Part shown: piece by piece, positions 18,483 through 27,434 of the stretch
Position numbering within the stretch: the first letter of the stretch is position 1
How the letters are laid out: each line of letters begins with the position of its first letter
Virus record (IMG/VR): IMGVR_UViG_3300027834_000005
Location: 186,001 to 250,000 of that record
Direction: 5' to 3' (one strand)
Length of the DNA: 64,000 nt
The notes under the pieces: model-generated
The model's database searches: none
What the model saw: only the letters and a program-made list of their open reading frames with translations
What the model was told of the DNA's origin: nothing
Made by a program: the position numbers and the translations under genes

Positions 18483-18633
18483 AATAGAAAAAGTTGTAAA
18501 AAAAAGATTGACTCCTTATGAAATAGATGATATAATGATAAGGCGCTTACAACAACAGTTAGACATCTGCATTAGGTCTGTATCCCTAATCGAAGAAGCA
18601 GCAGTGAAGGTCTGAAGATACAGTGATTTTTTA

Positions 18634-18721
18634 GGTAGATTGGCAGAGTGGTGAATGCAGCGGGTTGCTAACTCGTGATCCTTAACGGGGTCCATAGGTT
18701 CGAATCCTATATCTACCGCCA
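18634..18721 (+). tRNA. tRNA-Ser(GCT)
   Basis: GCGGG TTGCTAA CTCGT, long variable arm. Confidence 0.95.
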
Positions 18722-18727
18722 TGTTTT

Positions 18728-18802
18728 ACACGGGTAGCTCAGAGGCAGAGCGGTGGTGTTACATACCATAGGTCGAGATTTCGAAATTCTCTCCGTGTAC
18801 CA
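18728..18802 (+). tRNA. tRNA-Val(TAC)
   Basis: GTGGT GTTACAT ACCAT. Confidence 0.9.
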
Positions 18803-18809
18803 ATTTTTT

Positions 18810-18884
18810 GCACTTGTAGCTGAGATGGATTAGCGACGGATTGAAGTCCCGTATAGAAAGGATCGTTACCTTTCAAGTGCACCA
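18810..18884 (+). tRNA. tRNA-Phe(GAA)
   Basis: ACGGA TTGAAGT CCCGT. Confidence 0.85.
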
Positions 18885-19024
18885 AATTTCGCTAGTACTG
18901 GGTTCTGCCCAAGGATCGCAACCTTGGCTTAGTATTAGCGCAATATTTTGACACTACTGTCCCATGGGGGATATCCTCGAAAGAGGCAGCATGCTCTAAG
19001 TGTGCGGTGTCAAAAACTAATCAG

Positions 19025-19076
19025 CTGGCCTGATGAGTCCTAACAGGGACGAAACGAGAGTAAATCTCGTCGCCAG
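19025..19076 (+). ncRNA. Type I hammerhead ribozyme; predicted cleavage after C19071 at tRNA-Tyr +1
   Basis: CTGGC-CTGATGA-GTCC..GGAC-GAAA-CGAGA..TCTCG-TC-GCCAG: complete core and three stems. Confidence 0.95.
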
Positions 19077-19154
19077 AGTAGCAGCGTAATTGGTAGCGCC
19101 CCGCACTGTAAATGCGCATTCCCGTTGTTGGTTCGAATCCAACCTTTGGCACCA
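19072..19154 (+). tRNA. tRNA-Tyr(GTA)
   Basis: GCCAGAG/CTTTGGC acceptor; CCGCA CTGTAAA TGCGC. Confidence 0.85.
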
Positions 19155-19174
19155 AATTAAAAAAAACTAATCAG

Positions 19175-19225
19175 TCCGCCTGATGAGTCTTATTAGAGAC
19201 GAAACATCTTACGAGATGTCGCGGG
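19175..19225 (+). ncRNA. Type I hammerhead ribozyme; predicted cleavage after C19220 at tRNA-Tyr +1
   Basis: TCCGC-CTGATGA-GTCT..AGAC-GAAA-CATCT TACG AGATG-TC-GCGGG. Confidence 0.95.
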
Positions 19226-19303
19226 AGACGTACCACTGGAAGGTATATCGGGCTGTAACCCCGACGCGAAAGCATATAGGTTCGAGTCCTATCTCCCGTA
19301 CCA
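19221..19303 (+). tRNA. tRNA-Tyr(GTA)
   Basis: GCGGGAG/CTCCCGT acceptor; TCGGG CTGTAAC CCCGA. Confidence 0.85.
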
Positions 19304-19345
19304 AATTACATAGGTAAGTAATAGCCTGACATATTACAAAGTTTT

Positions 19346-19421
19346 GGACCCTTAGCTCAATCGGGAGAGCACCGAGCCGATAACTCGGAGGTAGTTGGAT
19401 CGAAACCAACAGGGTCTACCA
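19346..19421 (+). tRNA. tRNA-Ile(GAT)
   Basis: CCGAG CCGATAA CTCGG. Confidence 0.9.
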
Positions 19422-19428
19422 ATTTAAT

Positions 19429-19505
19429 TCCGTGGTGGAGCAGAGAGGTAATGCGCTTGGCTGTTAACCAAGATTTCGCTGGTTCGATCCCAGCCCACGG
19501 AGCCA
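19429..19505 (+). tRNA. tRNA-Asn(GTT)
   Basis: CTTGG CTGTTAA CCAAG. Confidence 0.9.
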
Positions 19506-19546
19506 ACATGAGGAATGTTCACCTCTATAAAAACGAGTGAAGTTTA

Positions 19547-19621
19547 GGTGCTATAGCTCAGAGGCAGAGCAAACCGTTGTCTGCGGTAAGGTCGGGATTT
19601 CGAAATTCCCTAGCATCGCCA
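19547..19621 (+). tRNA. tRNA-Asp(GTC)
   Basis: ACCG TTGTCTG CGGT, GCCA. Confidence 0.8.
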
Positions 19622-19627
19622 ATTTTT

Positions 19628-19703
19628 ACCAGCGTAGCTCAATCGGGAGAGCGGGTCCCTGTCAAGGATCAGGTAGCGAGATCGAAACTCGTCGTTGGTG
19701 CCA
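19628..19703 (+). tRNA. tRNA-Asp(GTC)
   Basis: GGTCC CTGTCAA GGATC, GCCA. Confidence 0.9.
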
Positions 19704-19709
19704 ATTTAT

Positions 19710-19801
19710 GTATCAGAGCAAGTATGGACGTCCATACACTGTGCTGTCTCAAGTCGTCAAGTCATGGGATCGGGTGGTTCAATACCACTGGTGATGCGCC
19801 A
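19710..19801 (+). ncRNA. tRNA-like RNA / degenerate tRNA
   Basis: GTATCA/TGATGC stem, T-arm GTGG TTCAATA CCAC, GCCA end, non-canonical middle. Confidence 0.4.
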
Positions 19802-19807
19802 ATTTAT

Positions 19808-19886
19808 CGGGATATAGCTCAGTCTGGTGTAGAGCGCATGCTTTGGAAGCTTGAGGCCGTAGGTTCGAATCCTACTATCCCGACCA
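19808..19886 (+). tRNA. tRNA-Pro(TGG)
   Basis: CGGGATA acceptor, TTTGGAA loop. Confidence 0.9.
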
Positions 19887-19892
19887 ATTTAA

Positions 19893-19971
19893 CGGAATGT
19901 AACTCAGTCTGGTTTAGAGTGACGGTCTTGGATACCGTTGGCCACTGGTTCGAATCCAGTCATTCCGACCA
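19893..19971 (+). tRNA. tRNA-Pro(TGG)
   Basis: ACGGT CTTGGAT ACCGT. Confidence 0.9.
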
Positions 19972-20269
19972 ATTAGTTGTTGACGTCAACATTAAAAAGC
20001 GTTAGAATACGTCCCTTAGAGGATATTAATATGGATTGTAAGCAGATATGTCATAACATCAGATATAACCACATATATGAGGATGAAGATGGTAATCCCG
20101 TGGATGGTTATGCAAAAGGACATAGGATCGTATCTAGTGAGCCGTATTGTACTGTTTACCAAAACGAGAAAATGAAGCGTAACGGCGATGAAGTTGTTCC
20201 GTTAGCAAAATGTAAAGCCGATGATTATGCTGAGACAATCGTGTTTTATTATGACGGTAAGATGATGGT

Positions 20270-22021
20270 ATGAGATTTGAAGATTTAGCCAGACAGCCAA
20301 TGCGCCACGGTGATGAAAGCGTAAATTATATGTTAGTATATCATGGAGATGAAACATGGGTTCCTAGATTTAAAAGTGGTGCTATAATGACCATTGAGGC
20401 AAATCACGTTGATTATTGGAGTTCTAGTGTAACTCTCTTTAAGTATGAATGTAACGGCGTACCTGCCGATATAAGATGTGCGTCTACGGAAGATCGGTTT
20501 GTAGTTACGACTAAAATGAAAAAAGATATAGTAAGTAGCGTATACGTAAAGTGTTTTTACCCGTTAGATGTAGGCAGTCCGTTTTATAGTGATGAAGATT
20601 TATTTGAAGCCAAGTTATCTGGCGACTATGAAGCGATAAGAAAGACTTTGAGAAAAGAATTTAATGCTTGGAAAAAGGTGAACTAAGTGAAATTTGAAGA
20701 CTTAGCTAATATTAAAATGTGTGACGTCGATACTAATGTGCAGTACCTTTGTGCATACAACTCTAGTTACACTATGTCAAGTAAGCCATGTACATTAAAT
20801 CCCATGGCCATAGATGATTTTTGGTCTCAATATGTATTTGAAAAGGCGCATAAAAATGGCAGTAACTACTCACTTGGCCAAAACGGAAGATTAGTAATAA
20901 CTACTAAGATGAAAACTGAAAACCTTAATGAGCATGGTTATACCTTTTTAAATGGACACTATGTAACGTGTTTTTATCCAATAGTTGCTGATAGTCCTTA
21001 CTATAGTAATGAAGAATTATTCGAAGCTAAATTAACAGATAACTTTGTGCCGTTAATTAAGAAATTACGTAAAGCTTTTTATCATTGGAAAAAGGTGAAC
21101 TAAGTGAAATTTGAAGTATTAGCAAAGACGGAAATGGTACGTGCCGATGAGAGTGTTGATTATATCCTCGTGTACCATTCAAGTGATAAATGGTATCCGA
21201 CCACATATAAAAGAGGGACGATAGTAAAACTATCAACTACTACTGATATATATGCATCGCCATATACGTTTACTCACGTAGTTGAGCCAGACATTATCCA
21301 TACTATATCTGGTCGTAGCCACTCAGATAGATTGATAGTGACTACTAAGATGAAGCGTAGAGTTAGAAATAATATTGGGTGGAGGACATTAGATGAAGAA
21401 TCGGTTAAATGTTTTTATCCTTTAGTTGCTGATAGTCCTTATTATACTGATGAAGATTTGTTTGCCGCTAAGATCAGTAATGATTATGATGTAGTGTTTA
21501 AGAAGTTAAGAAAAGCGTTCAATGATTGGAAAAAAATTAATTGACAACGACCTTAAACTCTTATATTATATTATCTCTTTCAAGAGGTGCACGTTATGGA
21601 CTTTGCAGAATTAGCGGATATAAGAATCAGAAACGCTGACACTATATTGAAGTATATGGTAGTGTATGATTCAGTATGGCAAGAAGGCCGAGACAAGAAT
21701 ATGCCTGATGGTGACGTCGGCACAATCACTAGAACTATAGCCAAGCATACCAACTCGGAAATGTTGACTATTAGTGCCAAGGGATTGAAACATAGCATGC
21801 TTATACCCTCCGTCGTAGACTCATTGGTCGTAACGGCCAAGATTAAAAAAGAACGTAGGGGTGAATATCTGGATGTATCTGCCAAGTGCATATATCCATT
21901 AGTAGAAGGAAGTCCTTACTACGAGGATGAAGAGCTATTTGAGGCCAAGTTGTCCGGTGACTATCGTAAGTTGTACAAGAAGTTAAGAAAAGCATTTAAT
22001 GCTTGGAAGAAAGAAAACTAA
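20270..22021 (+). repeat. Tandem array of four paralogous ~140 aa genes (20270, 20687, 21104, 21587)
   Basis: Shared MxFEDLA start, VTTKMK, KCFYPL..SPYYxDEELFEAKLSGDY..LRKAFNxWKK; variable middles. Confidence 0.85.
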
Positions 22022-22348
22022 TATGATTAATGTATACAGTAGAAGGCATATTAGATCTGACGCAACGCCACATGAAGTTATTGATGCGTACGTTAGTAAG
22101 ATTACCGGATACAAGTGTCTTCTGCTTAAACCACGTGATGGACCTAAATGTGGTATGTACCTTGAGACTCTGTATCAGTTTAACAAGAAAGAAGATATAG
22201 ATGGTATATATGATGCTATAGTAGAACAAGATGAAGAAGCGTTGATGTTCTATGAGTTATCAACGTAGTATAGAATTCTAACGCTGACGTTGTGTTGAGT
22301 GTTACATAGAAAAATTTGTCCTCTATGTGTAAAAGGAAAAGGTTCCAA

Positions 22349-22424
22349 GGGTCTCGACGCATATTGGTACGCGGACGGATTGTGATTCCGTTGGAACTCG
22401 GTTCGAAACCGAGGTGACCCTCCA
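22349..22424 (+). tRNA. tRNA-His(GTG)
   Basis: ACGGA TTGTGAT TCCGT; A-1:U73 instead of G-1:C73. Confidence 0.85.
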
Positions 22425-22440
22425 AATTTAAAGAGTATAG

Positions 22441-22827
22441 GTGATTAAAATGTTTTATGGAGAATTCGATACGTGGGATAATGTATTGTCCCAGTTTGGC
22501 GTAGAAAAGTCGGAAGTTTCCAATGCGGTGCCTATATTTGCAGCATATGATATAGACGGGTATGAAGGAACTGCTTCGGTTGTTTATGTTGAAGATGGAA
22601 AGTTCTGGTTAGTTGACGGATCACATTGTTCTTGCTACGGCTTAGAAGATCAGTGGGAACCTGAAGAGACTCCTTATGAAGTATTGGAGCACTTGGCAGA
22701 AAAAGGAAACTACATGTTCTCTGTGTACAAAAAAGAGTTCATGGCGACGATTAATTTTATTAAGGAAAGCGGTTTCGACAACGTTGACCCTAAAGAATTA
22801 GAATTTGTATTAAAATTATCATTGTGA
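22441..22827 (+). CDS. Hypothetical phage protein
   Basis: 128 aa ORF with GSHCSCYGLEDQWEPE motif. Confidence 0.65.
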   Translation: MIKMFYGEFDTWDNVLSQFGVEKSEVSNAVPIFAAYDIDGYEGTASVVYVEDGKFWLVDGSHCSCYGLEDQWEPEETPYEVLEHLAEKGNYMFSVYKKEFMATINFIKESGFDNVDPKELEFVLKLSL

Positions 22828-22931
22828 TAAAAAATTAAAAATAGGAAGGTAAGATATGAAATCAGGCAAACTTATCGTCTTATAGGATACCCTAATGTGT
22901 TGGTGATCCCGTAAGACGTAAAACAACTTAC

Positions 22932-23007
22932 GGGGTGGTAGCTCAGCGGCCAGAGCAGTTGGCTTTTAACCAATTCGTCGAGGGTTCGAATCCCTCTCGC
23001 CCCACCA
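22932..23007 (+). tRNA. tRNA-Lys(TTT)
   Basis: GTTGG CTTTTAA CCAAT. Confidence 0.95.
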
Positions 23008-23018
23008 AACACACATTA

Positions 23019-23094
23019 GGGATATTAGCTCATCAGGTAGAGCAACTGGCTTTTAACCAGTAGGTGCTCGGTTCGAGACCGAGATATCCCACCA
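23019..23094 (+). tRNA. tRNA-Lys(TTT)
   Basis: ACTGG CTTTTAA CCAGT. Confidence 0.95.
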
Positions 23095-23095
23095 A

Positions 23096-23172
23096 GGGAC
23101 GTTAGCTCACGTTGGTAGAGCAGGGAGCTTTTAACTCTCTGGTAGTCGGATCGTCACCGACACGTCCCACCA
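23096..23172 (+). tRNA. tRNA-Lys(TTT)
   Basis: GGGAG CTTTTAA CTCTC. Confidence 0.9.
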
Positions 23173-23655
23173 AATTTTATTTGACAGCGTCATTAATTCA
23201 TGAGATTATATAGACTCTAAAGATTGGGAGAAGATCATGAACGGATCGTACTGGTAAAATTGTATGAGAAAGACTCAAGCAAATCCATGGGCAGCGTCTG
23301 CGTACAGAGAGCGTGTGGAGAACGGTAGACCTACTGGTGTCATTGTTAAGGATTTCGTAGCTTATCCTAATTGTGAAACCTTTGACTGGAAACATATTGA
23401 GGAGATCACCAAGTGAACACTTTAGAAAACGTGATAGCATATCAAGAGAAAGTCCGCGATACGTTCGGTATAGAAAGCAATTGCGACGTAGGGCAATCGT
23501 ATAAAGAGTTGGGTGAGAAATACGCATATGTATTAGACGTCACCGAAGAAGAAAAGTTACAAGTAAACCATGCCGTATTTGTAGACGGAGTGGTAATAGA
23601 ATTTAAAGCACTTAACCCAAGTATCTGGGAAGAAGTGAATATTTAAAAAGTTTAC

Positions 23656-23729
23656 AGCGCGTTGACAGAGAGGCTATGTGGTCGGCTGCAACCCTTCATA
23701 CGCCGGTTCGAATCCGGCACGCGCTTCCA
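23656..23729 (+). tRNA. tRNA-Cys(GCA)
   Basis: CTGCAAC loop, U73, weak anticodon stem. Confidence 0.8.
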
Positions 23730-23737
23730 ATTTTAAT

Positions 23738-23816
23738 TGCGGTTTTAGTTAGGTCAGGTGACCTTCCGAGGCTCATAACCTCTGGGTGATGCGTTCGATA
23801 CGCGACTCCGCTACCA
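23738..23816 (+). tRNA. tRNA-Met(CAT), degenerate initiator-like
   Basis: GAGG CTCATAA CCTC; mismatched acceptor. Confidence 0.55.
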
Positions 23817-23821
23817 TTTTT

Positions 23822-23893
23822 ACCTCTGGGACATAGGATGTCAGACGGATTCCAAACCCGTCTTACTGGGATCGTTACCTAGCAGGGGTGCCA
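23822..23893 (+). tRNA. tRNA-Trp(CCA)
   Basis: ACGGA TTCCAAA CCCGT; short D-arm; GCCA. Confidence 0.8.
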
Positions 23894-25150
23894 AACACTA
23901 AGGATATACCCATGAACGTTTTAACTATGACAGCAGTTACTAGTCGTTCGTTCGGCACGCAAGACGGGAACCTTATCGAAGAAAAAGAAACGTACCACAT
24001 ACATCCTTACACTGAAAGAAAAGGATTTGATCAGATGTACGGTATACTCGATGAAGACTACGAACATGTAGTCACTGTGTTGTTTCGATCATTATGCGTT
24101 ATATTCGGCGAAGAAGAAATATTTACTAAAGTGCTACTCGGTGAATTGGAACCTAATGTAAATCATGCATAATTCATATAAAGCCGCTAGAGAAGTAGGC
24201 ATGAACTCATTCACGTGCGTATGCACTAAGCCTACTAGATTCTTTTCTTTGAGTCCGTTAAGGGTAATAAAAAAAGATTGTATTTATTTCATTAAGCCTA
24301 GTATTCCTTTTCAGATTGACCTACCAGAGCCGGTAGTGTACGCAGTAGGCGTATTAGAAAAGATACATGGTGACCCAGACAGAAAGTTTTTTAAAGTGTT
24401 ATGTGAAGTGGATTACCAAGGTTTATTAAAAGTGTTTGATGAAGAAGATATATTTCAGCAAGTACTACTCGGTAACGTAGTAGCGGAGTGAGATATGATT
24501 ACAAAAAGAAACGGTTTTTTCATTAAGCGTTGCGCTGATTGTAGTGAAGAGTTATCGCCTACTGAGTATTTTTTCTGTCATGACTGTGAAGAGTGGCATC
24601 GACGGGCGGAAGAGATGGCTATGGAAGCTGACTTCGGCGATGAAGATGATACGTAAGTAGACTTTAATATAAATGTCTGGTATAATTAATGTGTAAAGTG
24701 ATAATCGGTAGGTAAAAAGTATGTGTGATGTTTCTAGTACTATTGAGAGCACTGTTATTCAGTGTGGCGATATTTCATTACAGGACATGGTTGCGATTGT
24801 CGTGGCTGGTTATGTGAATGAAAAAGAAGAAACTTATAGAGGCAGTAATCGCGCCGACGAATATAAAAAAGACGAGTTCTATAGATGCTTATCTAGTCTA
24901 AGTGCCACAATCAGTGACGGGCCAGACTTCGGTGGGCTGGATCGAGTTGTGCATTATCGCGCAGTAGTTGATATTGGACCTCGATTCAGAAGCTTCTTAA
25001 AAATATGTGAAGACATGAACGTGATTGTGACTGTTGATCCACTACGTATGTTAGATCTTACAGTATTGGATCGTAAGATACAGAAGTTCAATGAGTGGGC
25101 AGGCAAGGCAATCCTGACACAAGTACAAGAAGACTATAAGTAAGAACAAC

Positions 25151-25226
25151 GCTGTTGTAGCTCCAAAGGTAGAGCGCGTCTTTGGTAAAGACGAGGTTGC
25201 TGGTTCAAGCCCAGCCTTCAGCACCA
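25151..25226 (+). tRNA. tRNA-Thr(GGT)
   Basis: CGTCT TTGGTAA AGACG. Confidence 0.9.
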
Positions 25227-25230
25227 AATT

Positions 25231-25304
25231 GCGGTATTAGCTCAGAGGCAGAGCGTTGGGCTTCCACCCCATGTGCAGGATTTCGAAATTCCTATACCGC
25301 TCCA
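25231..25304 (+). tRNA. tRNA-Gly(TCC)
   Basis: TGGG CTTCCAC CCCA, TCCA. Confidence 0.85.
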
Positions 25305-25467
25305 AAATTACATTGGCATACTCTTAGCGTTAAAACTGGGCGGACAAATATACGCTTTGCCTAAAGAGACGATATGTAATATACTGTGCCTCGGACGGTT
25401 CCTAGAGGATAAAACACAAGGGTTATTAAGCGTAATTGCAGTCCCTAATTGGAGCCACCATTTTTAT

Positions 25468-25544
25468 GCGGTATTAGCTCACGTTGGTAGAGCACCGGCT
25501 TGCCAAGTCGGAGGTAGTGGGATCGTCACCCACATACCGCTCCA
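25468..25544 (+). tRNA. tRNA-Gly(GCC)
   Basis: CCGGC TTGCCAA GTCGG. Confidence 0.95.
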
Positions 25545-25754
25545 ATTTTAGAACAGGTCTACGCATGATCAAGATCATTAAGAGTATAGATGGGTATCAT
25601 ACTGACTATGTTACTAGTATGGTGAATGAGTTGGAAACTAACGGATATAACGTCACCTCGATCATGCGCATTGAAAAAATGGTTCTGGGCATATTCGGGG
25701 AAGATATAACCCATATTACCTATGAACCTTCACGTGAGACGTGCTGAAAATTAT

Positions 25755-25968
25755 GCGGGTATAGCTCCAATGGTAGAGCAGTAGGTTTCAGATGAAGATT
25801 AAAAGTTTCGATCTATCATGTCTGTACGCGTCCTATCTAGGATGACTATACATGGTAAGATAAGAAAGGTAGATGCTCAGAGTCGGGTGTCTGTGAGAGT
25901 TAGCTTATGCTGGTAAAGCGGTCAACTTAAGTGGGGGCTGTGCGGCGGTTCGATTCCGGCCCTCTCTA
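25755..25968 (+). pseudogene. Two tRNA remnants (5' half of tRNA-Gly-like at 25755; degenerate tRNA at ~25894-25968)
   Basis: GCGGGTATAGCTCCAATGGTAGAGCAGTAGGTTTCA breaks at the anticodon; TAGCTTATGCTGGTAAAGC...GGTTCGATTCC has no CCA. Confidence 0.5.
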
Positions 25969-27308
25969 ATTATTAAAATCCGGTAGGTATCAACATGATC
26001 ATAGAATGGAAACTTGAAGGTGGTGCAGTGGCACCCATGATGCACTATTCGTTGAATAGAGTGTACGATATGTTTTATCCTGTCGGCGAAAAGTTCACTA
26101 TCGAAAAGATAGGTGATGACCTATATAAGGTTACTGATCCAGATGGCAGATACGGCAAGTGGATGTTATGCCACCTAACCTCATTCTTCTCTAATGAAGA
26201 TTTATTCTTAGCTACGCTAGAAGGATTTGAATCATGACACGTGAAGACCTATTAGTCCTACTAAGAGAAGAGCTGAGTATAGATATAACTATGCCGCCAT
26301 CGAGTGGGTTCTGTTCTCCCAATATACAAATAGAGTTGCGCCTAGGTGAAGATGTAATATCCGAAGTTCAGCTTTCCGGTGATGAAATAAGAGATGCTTT
26401 GGGAGATTACTAATGTCACTAGCTGATGATTGGTTCGAAAAGGCCATGGACAGTAGTTTTGATGCGTTTAATGCTACCGCAGTAAATACTATAGGTGAGA
26501 TATTGAGTGGCGTAGATTATGTCATCAAAGCGCACTATAAGTTTAGGTTTCCGGCTGGAGTCACACCGGAATGTATAAGGTATCGAGTGTCTAGGATAGG
26601 TCCAGTGTCACATCATGTTAATAAGGGAAACCAGATTTATAATATTTGTGATATAGACTATACAGACCTGTGTTATTATTTCGGCGAAGAAGAAATATTC
26701 ACGCAGACACTGAAAGGGAACGTTATTCCCTTTTCAGAATAAACCAAATTACTAATTGACATTTTTCAAATAATGACATACTATTCCTTTTCCAACAGAG
26801 GACATCAACATGTTAGATCTAATAGACCGCCACGCAGTTTTCTTCGCAGTGTTATATTTTTCAGTTAGGGATTATTTCTCAGCAGGTAGTTCCTTGGAAG
26901 TATACATGTGGATGTTTGCTATATGTGGGTCAGTATTCTATGCTGTCACTCTTCTTCTTACGTATGTGTCTGCCAACATGGACGACGTCGAAGTGGAAGC
27001 TGAAAATAAAGACTTCGCTCTCGAATATATAACCAAGATCTTTCTAAGGTCATCTTACCAAGTAAAAGAATTCCTATGGGCGTATACCGCCGTTATGTGT
27101 GGGGCTATATTTGTCTTAATCCATAATGAGTACGTCTTCCTTCCTATTATATTGGCCATGGTGTATTCGTTCGGGGTATCAGTTAAGCTTTACTTATGTA
27201 AGGTAGTGGTACATCTAGTGACGACTGGCGTCATCAAGGTAGAATCCGATAATCAAGAAACCTAATTGACTTTAGGTTTAATTTCTCATATAATTAAGTT
27301 CAATTTAC

Positions 27309-27434
27309 GTCCTGATGGGAGTAATAGTAAGTAAGGTCCAGCGTAATAATCTGCAGATAAAGGCAGGACTGAAAGCTAAGGTAACTCCACCCCACTGAAG
27401 GGGACATTGCGTTTCGAGAGCGCTCAGGGCACCA
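27309..27434 (+). ncRNA. ~126 nt tRNA-like RNA with its own promoter
   Basis: GTCCTGA/TCAGGGC-ACCA acceptor-like stem, TTCGAGA T-loop; TTGACT..TATAAT upstream. Confidence 0.55.

Noticed and set aside
11721-19794. ORF-track entries overlapping tRNAs (e.g. 11721-, 13031-, 13192-, 18516-, 19209-, 19537+, 19577+)
   Set aside because: They are translations of tRNA genes or their antisense strands (motifs such as GFEP, GSNP, RVRLP)
25314-25460. Spacer ending GGAGCCACCA between the Gly tRNAs
   Set aside because: Only a short GGTTCC/GGAGCC stem and no T-arm; too weak to call an RNA
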